A DNA stretch of 16,351 nt from Candidatus Krumholzibacteriia bacterium (GCA_046484865.1 JAWOID010000125.1:1-16351); one strand, 5' to 3'. Positions 8,197-15,694 are shown, counted from the first letter of the stretch. Numbers and translations are program-made. Notes: a model not told the origin generated them from the letters alone.

Positions 8197-8406
8197 GTGG
8201 AGAAGTGCACGCGCTGGGTCACCCGACACGTACGCTGCCCCGAGAACCCCGTCTTCATCGCTTCGCTGCTCGTGGAGCGGGACGGCACCAACGGCCGCCT
8301 GATCCTGCACAGCATCAGCTGCGACAACCCTCGTCTGACCGGCGATGACGACTGGGAATGCCGCTGGCGCTGCTGGGATCGGATCCGCGAGAATCCGCTC
8401 GTCTGA
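8197..8406 (+). CDS. Small cysteine-rich hypothetical protein (69 aa)
   Basis: GGAGG RBS before GTG 8197, GC3-rich codons, and it fills the gap between genes. Sequence MEKCTRWVTRHVRCPENPVFIASLLVERDGTNGRLILHSISCDNPRLTGDDDWECRWRCWDRIRENPLV. Confidence 0.72.
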   Translation: MEKCTRWVTRHVRCPENPVFIASLLVERDGTNGRLILHSISCDNPRLTGDDDWECRWRCWDRIRENPLV

Positions 8407-8407
8407 C

Positions 8408-8428
8408 CGCCGGCCGTCGCCGCCGGCG
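8408..8428. terminator. Possible hairpin between convergent genes
   Basis: cgccggc-N7-gccggcg between the stops at 8406 (+) and 8430 (-); no U-tract. Confidence 0.3.
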
Positions 8429-8429
8429 C

Positions 8430-9812
8430 TCAGCCGTCGCGGTCTCGGTCCTCGCGCTGCTCCGGCCGGTCCCGATCGGCTCCTTCGGATTCCACCCGCA
8501 CGTCGGGCGCTTCCTGCCGCTCGGGATCGCCCTCCTGCAGCGCCTCCTCGATGGCACCCTCGCGCACGGCCTGCCGGGTGCCCTCGGCATCCTCCTCGTC
8601 CACCCTCACCGTGGGGCCCTCCTCCCCGGCCGGTTCGTCTGCGCCGAGCAGCTTCTCCAGCGGTCCGGGCTCGGCCTCGTCCTCGTCCTTCTCGCGCCGG
8701 ATCTCCGCCAGTGCCGACGGGTCGATCCAGCCGTGCTCGGCGGCGTGCTCGGCCATGCCCAGGCTCGTCGCCGACAGCACCAGGTCGCTGCCGGCGCCCA
8801 CCGTCTCGTCGGCCAGCGCACGGATCGCGTCGGCGCGTTCGGGCTTGCGGCTCACGTTGCGGATGTAGACGGCGAGGATCCGGTCGGGGAATTCGCGCAC
8901 GATGGTGTGATAGATCTCGGGGTCCTCCTCGCCGCTGTCGCCCACGAGGATGAAGGGCAGGTCGTGGTAGGTCTCCAGGAGGCGCCGGATGGCGCGGGGC
9001 TTGTGCCGCGGACGCGCCAGCGGCACCACCCGGCCCTCCTCGGTCACCCCCCAGTTGCGCAGGAACGGCACGCCCGGCGGGAAGCCTTGCAGGCGCAGGT
9101 AGTGTTCCAGCAGGTCGTACAGGTTCCAGGGCCCGTTCGACACGAAGAAGAGCGGGTTCGGACCCCCGGTGGCGCCACCGGCGTGCAGTGCCCGGTAGAA
9201 CGCGGCCGCGCCGGCGAACGGCAGGCGGGTGCGGGCGTTGTTCAGGAACGTGGTGCGCGCCATGCGCAGGAGGTTGGTCGCGTCGGTCTTGATCACGGTG
9301 TCGTCGATGTCGCTGATCACGCCGAAGGAAGCCCGGGGCGTGGGTACGAGCACCTGCGCGGTGGTCGTGATGGGCCCCTGCCATTCCTTGCCCGACGGCA
9401 GCGGATGGATCAGCTCGAGATCCACCTCGTGCCAGATGTCGTCATCGGGCAGCAGCACGGTGGGAACGAAGTCGAAGTCGAAGTGCCCCTCGGCGTCGCA
9501 GAGCACCTCCTGCTGCTGGCCGCGGAACTGCGCGAGCAGGCGCGCGTGCGGCACCTCGTCGCTGGCCATGCGCTTGTAGGTGTCCAGAAGGTTGCGCCAG
9601 ACCGAGTTCTCGTCGGTGGCCGCGCGCACGCCCTGGTCCTCCAGGACGCGCCCGCTCAGATGGATCCGCTCCCGGGTCCCGAAGCCGCGGTACGCCACGA
9701 TCTTGATCGGGTCGGGACCCCAGAGCGCATAGATCAACCGGTACTTCAGGCGGTCGAACGCGCGCTCGCCGTCGCGCAGAGCGTGCTTGAGGATCGTCTT
9801 GAGGCTGCTCAT
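8430..9812 (-). CDS. App1-family phosphatidate phosphatase (DUF2183) with acidic C-terminal tail
   Basis: YRGFG and GRVL N-terminal motifs, GVISDIDDTVIKT (DxDxT), FVSNGPWNLY, FILVGDSGEEDPEIY and ILAVYIR. Confidence 0.88.
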   Translation of the reverse strand: MSSLKTILKHALRDGERAFDRLKYRLIYALWGPDPIKIVAYRGFGTRERIHLSGRVLEDQGVRAATDENSVWRNLLDTYKRMASDEVPHARLLAQFRGQQQEVLCDAEGHFDFDFVPTVLLPDDDIWHEVDLELIHPLPSGKEWQGPITTTAQVLVPTPRASFGVISDIDDTVIKTDATNLLRMARTTFLNNARTRLPFAGAAAFYRALHAGGATGGPNPLFFVSNGPWNLYDLLEHYLRLQGFPPGVPFLRNWGVTEEGRVVPLARPRHKPRAIRRLLETYHDLPFILVGDSGEEDPEIYHTIVREFPDRILAVYIRNVSRKPERADAIRALADETVGAGSDLVLSATSLGMAEHAAEHGWIDPSALAEIRREKDEDEAEPGPLEKLLGADEPAGEEGPTVRVDEEDAEGTRQAVREGAIEEALQEGDPERQEAPDVRVESEGADRDRPEQREDRDRDG

Positions 9813-9913
9813 CGAGTCTCCCCGGGAGAGCGCCCGACCGGCGCAGCGTGGCCGGCCGCCCCTCCGGCTCGCCGCGCTGTCCGCAGCGGCGCCGACCGCC
9901 GGTGCTCAGCCGC

Positions 9914-10348
9914 CTACCGCGGCCGCAGGCAGCCCAGCGTGCTCGCCACGAGGGCGCCGATGACCACCAGCTTCAGCCCCTCGGCCACAACGTAGGCGAG
10001 ATGCGCTCGAGAGGCAGGCGGCTCGCCGCCGGCGATGACGGCAGCCGCTCGCTCGGCGAGATCCGGGAGCAACACGAACAGCTGGACGAGCACCGTCGCG
10101 AACGCCAGCGCGGCGAGCAGGGTGCGCCGCCCGGTCCAGCCGGACGCCCACACGGCGAGCGCGGTCACCGCCAGCGCCAGCACCAGTTCCACCCGCAGCA
10201 CCACCGGGAAGACGTGGCGGCCCACGTCGAGCGCGGCGTCGCGCGTGAGCGTGGGCGCATCGAACTTGAGGCGGGCGTTCAGCGCGTTCGCGACCACGAA
10301 CCCGACCCACGCGCCCTGGAGGACGAGACCGAGAGCGGCGGCCTTCAC
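9914..10348 (-). CDS. DUF4149/TMEM205-like small membrane protein
   Basis: Four TM segments with ARLKFDAPTL...LDVGRHVF and HLAYVVAEGLK. Start estimated at GTG 10348, 16 nt after the RRM gene stop. Confidence 0.7.
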   Translation of the reverse strand: MKAAALGLVLQGAWVGFVVANALNARLKFDAPTLTRDAALDVGRHVFPVVLRVELVLALAVTALAVWASGWTGRRTLLAALAFATVLVQLFVLLPDLAERAAAVIAGGEPPASRAHLAYVVAEGLKLVVIGALVASTLGCLRPR

Positions 10349-10364
10349 GAGCGTGACGACCGGC

Positions 10365-10646
10365 CTAGAAGGGCCGGCGCGGCGCCGGGGCGCCGCGGTC
10401 GCGAGCCTCGTTGACGCGGATGGTGCGGCCACCGAACTCGGTGCCGTCCAGCCCCTCGATCGCCTGCCGCGCCTGGGCGGGCGGCATCTCCACGAAGCCG
10501 AACCCGCGAGGCAGGCCGGTGTCGCGATCGGTGATGATGTTCACCGACGCCACCTCGCCGTAGGACTGGAACAGCTGCGTGAGCGAGTCGTCGGTCACGC
10601 CGTAGGGGAGGTTCCCCACGTAGATGGTCTTCAGTACCGTCGTCAT
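10365..10646 (-). CDS. Single-domain RRM RNA-binding protein
   Basis: RNP2 IYVGNL, RNP1 RGFGFVEM, DRDTG loop and GRTIRVNEAR. Confidence 0.95.
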   Translation of the reverse strand: MTTVLKTIYVGNLPYGVTDDSLTQLFQSYGEVASVNIITDRDTGLPRGFGFVEMPPAQARQAIEGLDGTEFGGRTIRVNEARDRGAPAPRRPF

Positions 10647-10649
10647 GTT

Positions 10650-11153
10650 TCACTGCACCGTGAGCTTGAGGTGGACGGGGATCACGGCCGGAGCCAGACA
10701 AATCTTGTCGTCGCAGGCCTGCACCGTCAGGCCGAGGGCGAGGTCGTGTTCGCCCGCGGCCATGCCGTCCGGCACGACGGCCGAGGCGTGGATGGCCTCG
10801 TCTCCCTCGAGCACCAGCACCTTCTCGCCGAAGAATTCCCCTTCCTTGCCGGGTGGATAGACCACCTGCAGGTCCTGCAGCGCGAAGTCCTCGGCCGGGA
10901 GCAGATCCACGCCGATGAACATGGTGTCCTCGTGCGCATAGAGATGCCACTTCCGGTCGATGCTGAGATCGAGGCGGAACGAGACGCGTTCGCCCGCGGC
11001 GCCCGCCAGGCGCGCCGGAACCGCGGCGAAGGTGACGACGTCGGCGGAGCCGCGCATCACCGCCTTGCCCGTGTCGGGGCCGCCGGCCGAGGCCGCGGCT
11101 GCCAGGGCGAGCAGCGCCGCCACCGCCAGCGCCGCATGCGAGGTTCGCTTCAT
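10650..11153 (-). CDS. Secreted stand-alone DsbD N-terminal (Ig-like thiol:disulfide interchange) domain protein
   Basis: Signal peptide MKRTSHAALAVAALLALAAAASA, KWHLY, YP and the QACDDKICLAP cysteine pair. Confidence 0.8.
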   Translation of the reverse strand: MKRTSHAALAVAALLALAAAASAGGPDTGKAVMRGSADVVTFAAVPARLAGAAGERVSFRLDLSIDRKWHLYAHEDTMFIGVDLLPAEDFALQDLQVVYPPGKEGEFFGEKVLVLEGDEAIHASAVVPDGMAAGEHDLALGLTVQACDDKICLAPAVIPVHLKLTVQ

Positions 11154-12868
11154 CCGGTTCCTCCTTTTCGCGTGGGTGCGACCGCGCTCGCTCCGGGCTG
11201 CGCTCCGGGTTGGGCTCCGGGCTGCGCTCCGGGTTGCGCTCCGGGCCGGGCGGCGAGGATGCGGTCGGCGGTGCGCCGCACGACCCGCACCAGCCGTTCG
11301 ATGTCCTTGCGGCGCATGCCGCGGTTCTCGACGTTCGCCCGCAGGACCACCCGCCCGCGCAGGACGGTGTAGCTGAACCAGGCGTCACCCTCCTGCTCCA
11401 CCAGACCCTGCAGGTCGCGATTGAACTGATCCACCAGCTCGTCGTCGCCGAGCGGCCGGCCCTGTTCGTCCCGTGGCTCCCAGCGGAACGTGCAGATGCC
11501 GAGGGTGTTCGGGCCGATGGGCACGAAGTCGGGCTGCCGCCGCAGGAGCCCCGCCAGCAGTCGCGCCAGCTCCATGTCCTTCTCGATCCAGGCCGCGAAC
11601 TGGCGCCGCCCGGTGGCCTTGAGCGCCAGCCACACCTTGAGGGCGGTGAAGCGGCGACTGCCCTGCAGGCCGTACTGGAAGAAGTTCACCTTGTCGCCCA
11701 TGTGGAACCCGCGCGGGTCGGGCAGGTCGCGGGGGCCGCCGCTCTCGCCCTCGGCGTCCCTGAGCACCTTCTCCATGTAGTACTCGGCGTGCACCAGGAA
11801 GCTCTTGCGCAGGAAGTCGCCCTCGCGGACGAGGATGCCGCCCGCGGCGAACGGGATGTAGAACCACTTGTGGGGATCGACGGTGATGGAATCGGCCCGC
11901 TCGATCCCCTGCAGCATGGGCGCGTAGCGCTCCGAGAGGATCACCGCGCCGCCGTACGCAGCGTCCACGTGGTACCAGCAGCCGTACTCGTGGGCGAGGT
12001 CGGCCAGCAGGTCGAGCTTGTCCACGCTGCCGGTGTTGGTGGTGCCCGCGATGCCGATGATGCAGGCGGGCTGCAGCCCGTCCGCGCGATCCTGCCGCAG
12101 GGCCGCGGCCAGGGCGTCGAGGTCGACCCGGAACAGGTCGTCCACCGGCAGCTTGCGCAGCTGCGCGCGGCCGATGCCCAGCAGGTCGACCGCCTTGTCG
12201 AAGCTGTAGTGGGCCTGGTTCGAGACGTAGAAGCGCAGCCGCGCCATCTCCGGCCCGGGCGACTCGTCCCGGCCCACCTGACCGATGTTGCGACCGAGGG
12301 CGCGATTGACCGCGAGCTTCAGCCCCGTGAGGTTGGCGAGCGAACCGCCCGGGACGAAGGTGCCGAAGCTGCTGTCGGGCAACCCGAACAGCGCGCAGAG
12401 CCAGCGGATCACGCGCTTCTCGATGGCGGTGCCGGCCGGCGCGTGCCGCCAGGAGGCGACGTTCTGGTTCAGCGCGGCGGTGAGCGCCTCGGCGAAGATG
12501 GCCACGGGCAGCGGCGCCGGGTTCATCATGCCGAAGTATCGGCGGCTGCCGATGGCCATGGTGTTCGGGAAGACCTTCGTGCGCAGTTCCTGCGTCAGCT
12601 CCGCCAGGCCGGTCCCGTCCTCGGGGAGGTCCTCGCTGAACAGGTCGTCGAGACCGGCGGGCGACACCGGGCCGTAGACGCGACGCCCTTCCAGCCCCAG
12701 CAGGTACTCCACGGCCAGATCGACCCAGGCGTAGCCGATCTCGCGCAGCGGCTCCTCCTCGAGCCGTGGCGTGCCCTGGAACGCCTCGGGGCGGGCGCCG
12801 TCGCCGTCGTCCGGACCCGACTTGCCTGCGGCAGGCAGCCGCGGATCGCTGTCTCGGAAACGCGTCAC
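11150..12868 (-). CDS. Group II PLP-dependent amino-acid decarboxylase (AADC/GAD/DABA decarboxylase family)
   Basis: RYFGMMNP, GGSLANL, QAHYSFDKA, AGTTNTGSVD, HVDAAYGG, ADSITVDPHKW and QGSRRF motifs. GTG start overlaps the HAD stop (GTGA). Confidence 0.92.
   Translation of the reverse strand: MTRFRDSDPRLPAAGKSGPDDGDGARPEAFQGTPRLEEEPLREIGYAWVDLAVEYLLGLEGRRVYGPVSPAGLDDLFSEDLPEDGTGLAELTQELRTKVFPNTMAIGSRRYFGMMNPAPLPVAIFAEALTAALNQNVASWRHAPAGTAIEKRVIRWLCALFGLPDSSFGTFVPGGSLANLTGLKLAVNRALGRNIGQVGRDESPGPEMARLRFYVSNQAHYSFDKAVDLLGIGRAQLRKLPVDDLFRVDLDALAAALRQDRADGLQPACIIGIAGTTNTGSVDKLDLLADLAHEYGCWYHVDAAYGGAVILSERYAPMLQGIERADSITVDPHKWFYIPFAAGGILVREGDFLRKSFLVHAEYYMEKVLRDAEGESGGPRDLPDPRGFHMGDKVNFFQYGLQGSRRFTALKVWLALKATGRRQFAAWIEKDMELARLLAGLLRRQPDFVPIGPNTLGICTFRWEPRDEQGRPLGDDELVDQFNRDLQGLVEQEGDAWFSYTVLRGRVVLRANVENRGMRRKDIERLVRVVRRTADRILAARPGAQPGAQPGAQPGAQPGASAVAPTRKGGTG
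11190..11245. repeat. 12-bp tandem repeat (4.7 copies) encoding (PGAQ)n tail
   Basis: gctccgggctgc/gctccgggttgg/gctccgggctgc/gctccgggttgc/gctccggg. Confidence 0.9.
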
Positions 12869-13788
12869 ACCCTCTCGCTCTCTCGCTGCGTCGCGCCGGC
12901 GGGCGGGTAGCGCCCCGCCGCGATCTCCTCCAGGACCTCCGCCGCGCCGCCGTCCTGCACCCGTCCGGCGATGCGGTCGGCGCGGGCGCGCACGTCGGCC
13001 GGCGCGCCGGCCATCGCCACGCTCCAGCGCGCCGCGGCGAAGAGGTCCAGATCGTTGTAGTTGTCGCCGATCGCGACGATCGCATCCTCGCGGATCCCGT
13101 GCGTCCGTGCCAGCAGCCGCACACCCGCGCCCTTGTGGCACCCGGCGGCGTAGACTTCCGCCCACAGGTACTCGCCGCGGCCCAGGAGCGACCGCGTGTT
13201 CACCACCGACACCACTCCGTCGAGCTCCGCCCGGATGGCGGCGGTGAGCGGCTCGATGACCTCGCGCCGGTCGATGGTCCCCACCTCGAGCGCCGCGTCC
13301 GGGGCTTCCGCCAGCAGGTCGTCGACCTCGCGGATGTACCCCACGGTGCGCCTGCGGATCTCCAGGTAACGGCCGAGAACCTCGTTGACGGCGCGCCGCT
13401 CGTGATGCACCACCCCGCCCATGTCCTCGGTGTCGTAGACCATGGCCGCGGCGCCCTGCGCGTGGAAGATCTCCAGCAACCGCCGCACGGTGGTGGCGCC
13501 GAGCACGTGGTGGCTGAGGCGCCGCACCGGCACCCCGCCCTGCACCACCGCCCCGTTCAGGAGCACGAGCGGCAGATCCGACGGCTGCCATGCCGACCGC
13601 TCCAGCAGACCGGCCGTCGAGCGACTGTTCCGGCCGGTGCAGAGCGCGAGCAGGTGCCCCGCCGCCCGCACCGCGTCGAGCGCGGCGATCTCGCGCGGAC
13701 GCAGCCGATCCTCGAACTCGGTGTCCAGCAGCGTACCGTCCACATCGACGGCCACCAGCAGACGGTCGGCCGGAGGTCTGGAGATCAT
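12865..13788 (-). CDS. Cof-type HAD-IIB phosphatase
   Basis: VAVDVDGTLL (motif I), LCTGR (II), LNGA, HKGAG (III) and AIGDNYNDLDL (IV). ATG at 13788. Confidence 0.9.
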   Translation of the reverse strand: MISRPPADRLLVAVDVDGTLLDTEFEDRLRPREIAALDAVRAAGHLLALCTGRNSRSTAGLLERSAWQPSDLPLVLLNGAVVQGGVPVRRLSHHVLGATTVRRLLEIFHAQGAAAMVYDTEDMGGVVHHERRAVNEVLGRYLEIRRRTVGYIREVDDLLAEAPDAALEVGTIDRREVIEPLTAAIRAELDGVVSVVNTRSLLGRGEYLWAEVYAAGCHKGAGVRLLARTHGIREDAIVAIGDNYNDLDLFAAARWSVAMAGAPADVRARADRIAGRVQDGGAAEVLEEIAAGRYPPAGATQRESERV

Positions 13789-13795
13789 GCTGTCG

Positions 13796-14071
13796 TCATC
13801 CCGTGATGCGGAATCCGTCCGTGTCGCCGGTGGCAGCCGACCAGGTGGGTTCCGCGTGCTCCACCCGGGCATGGGCCGGACCCTCGCGGACCCAGGACAG
13901 GAATTGCTCGAGACGGTCGCGCGGCCCCTCCGCCACGATACGCACGGTTCCGTCGGGCCTGTTGCGCGCCCAGCCGACCAGCCCCAGGGCGACGGCTCGC
14001 TCGCGCGTGTGCCAGCGGAACCCCACCCCCTGGACCCGCCCGGAGACGCGGATCTCCAGCCGTTCGGCCAT
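13796..14071 (-). CDS. acyP: Acylphosphatase
   Basis: VSGRVQGVGFR, LVGWARNRPDGTV and GPAHARV; 91 aa. Confidence 0.95.
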   Translation of the reverse strand: MAERLEIRVSGRVQGVGFRWHTRERAVALGLVGWARNRPDGTVRIVAEGPRDRLEQFLSWVREGPAHARVEHAEPTWSAATGDTDGFRITG

Positions 14072-14117
14072 CCGGAGCCTCCCCGGGAAAGCGCTCTGCC
14101 GTCGGAGCGCCGGTTCA

Positions 14118-14146
14118 ATGATACGCCAACGCTGCGGCGATGACCA
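14118..14146 (-). promoter_or_regulatory. Putative sigma70 promoter of the acyP operon
   Basis: TGGTCA-17 nt-TATCAT on the minus strand, about 47 nt upstream of the acyP ATG. Confidence 0.45.
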
Positions 14147-14226
14147 GCCGAGGTCGCCAGGGCTCCCCCGGGAGCAACGGCCCGGTGCGCACCGCCGGCT
14201 CCGTGCCTCGCCGCGCTCGACGCGCG

Positions 14227-14254
14227 AGCGGCGGCCCCGTGAGGGACCGCCGCT
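14227..14254 (-). terminator. GC-rich hairpin downstream of the PRC-barrel gene
   Basis: Minus strand agcggcggtccc-tcac-ggggccgccgct forms a 12-bp stem with one G-U pair, about 40 nt after the stop. A second hairpin gcggcac/gtgccgc lies at 14262-14278. No U-tract. Confidence 0.5.
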
Positions 14255-14293
14255 GCGGATTGCGGCACCGGGTGCCGCTGCTGGATCGCAGGA

Positions 14294-15694
14294 CTACCAG
14301 TCGCCGCCGTAACGGCGACTCTCCCAGTTCGGCCGGAAATCCTCGTCGCGGACCCGGAGGGTGGAGCGCGCGGTCTGCGCGCTGCGGGCGATGTAGACCT
14401 CGGGCTGACCCGGGCTCGCCACCTCCATGCCGGTGACCGTGATCTCATCGCCCCGGCGGATGTCGAAGTTCTGCTGCTCGACATACCAGTTCGGCCCCAG
14501 GCGCGCGTAAGCCACGTCGCCGTCATGGGTGCGAAGCTTCACGACCATTTCATCGATGTTGCCGACCGGACGGGTCATGATCTGCTCGACGGTGCCGCTG
14601 ACGACCTTGACCGTGCGGCCCGCCGCGCGACCTCGATCCTGCTGCGACCAGCCGTACCGGTCCTGCGGCTGCGACCGGCCGTACCGGTCCTGCGGCTGCG
14701 ACCGGTCGTACCGATCCTGCTGCTGCGACCAACCGTACTCGTCCTGCTGCTGCGACCGGCCGTACCGGTCCTGCTGTCGCTCGGGCGCCCACCTGCTCCG
14801 GCTGAACTCGTGGGCGTCGGCGAAGCGTTCCTGCATGCGCGGGTCCTGCCAGTAGGGCTGGACGTTGACGGCGCGGTGCACGTGCAACGCGAACTCGGAA
14901 TCCTCGAGCTTCGAGATCCCGACCTTCTTGTAGTCATAGGTCAGCTTGTTGAGGTTGCGCTCGTCGGTGACGAGGACGAAATCCTCGCCCTGGGTGTCGA
15001 GCGCCTGCCAGGGCGCCACCACCTTGTCCCGCTTCATGCCGTGCCGGTCGCGCGTGTCGTCGTTGAGATCGAGCACCGCGTAGACGATCTGGCCTCCAGC
15101 GGCCTCGACGATGAGATCCTCGACCTCGCCGATCTCCTTGCCGTCGCGGCGCACGAGGTCCGTATCGATGAGCTTGTCGACCTTCCGCTGATCCATATCG
15201 GGCCAGGCGCCGAACCGAGCCTGATCCGTGTAGTGCTTCCGGTACTCGCGCTCGAACTCGGGGCCGAAGGCCTGGTAGACGTCGCGGATGAACATGGCGT
15301 CGCCCACCAGCTCGTCATCCGAGAAGTCGGCCGCGTCGATGAGCCTCGACTTCGGGACGTTCAGCACGACGGTGACCTTGTCGTCGGACTCGCGCTTGAA
15401 CGAGAACGCCGGCCAGGGGACCGCCTTCTTCATGTCGTCGCCGAAGACATCATCGTCGGTCTCCACCACCAGGTAGGCGATCGAACGATGGCTGGGGTCG
15501 AGGATCAGGGCCTTGATGTCGGCCAGCTCGTTGCCCGCCGCATCGCGCACGACCTGATCGAGGACGGCATCCGCGGAGACCAGATTCGGCTGGTAGGAGA
15601 AGCGGTCCGGATATGGTCGGTTCAGGTCCATGTCCTGGGCGACGGCCGGCAGGACCAGCAGGTGCACCAGGATCACTGCGAGAGAGAACTTCAT
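14294..15694 (-). CDS. Secreted protein: two PRC-barrel domains, 9-aa repeat linker and C-terminal OB-fold-like domain
   Basis: AAAGGAG RBS and signal peptide MKFSLAVILVHLLVLPAVA. PRC motifs VRDAAGNELADIKALILD...AYLVV...AVPW and GKEIGEVEDLIV...YAVL...VAPW. C-terminal SGTV...LGPNWY...GDEITVTG...LRVRD..RPNW. Confidence 0.82.
   Translation of the reverse strand: MKFSLAVILVHLLVLPAVAQDMDLNRPYPDRFSYQPNLVSADAVLDQVVRDAAGNELADIKALILDPSHRSIAYLVVETDDDVFGDDMKKAVPWPAFSFKRESDDKVTVVLNVPKSRLIDAADFSDDELVGDAMFIRDVYQAFGPEFEREYRKHYTDQARFGAWPDMDQRKVDKLIDTDLVRRDGKEIGEVEDLIVEAAGGQIVYAVLDLNDDTRDRHGMKRDKVVAPWQALDTQGEDFVLVTDERNLNKLTYDYKKVGISKLEDSEFALHVHRAVNVQPYWQDPRMQERFADAHEFSRSRWAPERQQDRYGRSQQQDEYGWSQQQDRYDRSQPQDRYGRSQPQDRYGWSQQDRGRAAGRTVKVVSGTVEQIMTRPVGNIDEMVVKLRTHDGDVAYARLGPNWYVEQQNFDIRRGDEITVTGMEVASPGQPEVYIARSAQTARSTLRVRDEDFRPNWESRRYGGDW
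14642..14776. repeat. 27-bp coding tandem repeat, 5 copies
   Basis: Units start at 14642, 14669, 14696, 14723 and 14750; they encode QQDRYGRSQ/QQDEYGWSQ/QQDRYDRSQ/PQDRYGRSQ/PQDRYGWSQ. Confidence 0.92.

Noticed and set aside
4908..12868. Eukaryote-derived gene cluster (serine racemase, Mpv17, App1, RRM, AADC-like)
   Set aside because: All these families have bacterial members. The genes have bacterial RBSs, host-like GC3, no introns and no mobility signs.
11150..14526. 813-aa and 553-aa ORFs suggesting fusions to the decarboxylase and the HAD
   Set aside because: The extensions overlap the HAD, acyP and PRC genes in other frames. They reflect stop-codon scarcity at high GC.
14294..14620. Magnetosome island
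   Set aside because: Only a domain-level resemblance, with no other mam genes or haem-binding motifs.
14642..14776. 27-bp repeats as a possible CRISPR array
   Set aside because: The units are contiguous with no spacers, they are in frame inside a CDS, and there are no cas genes.
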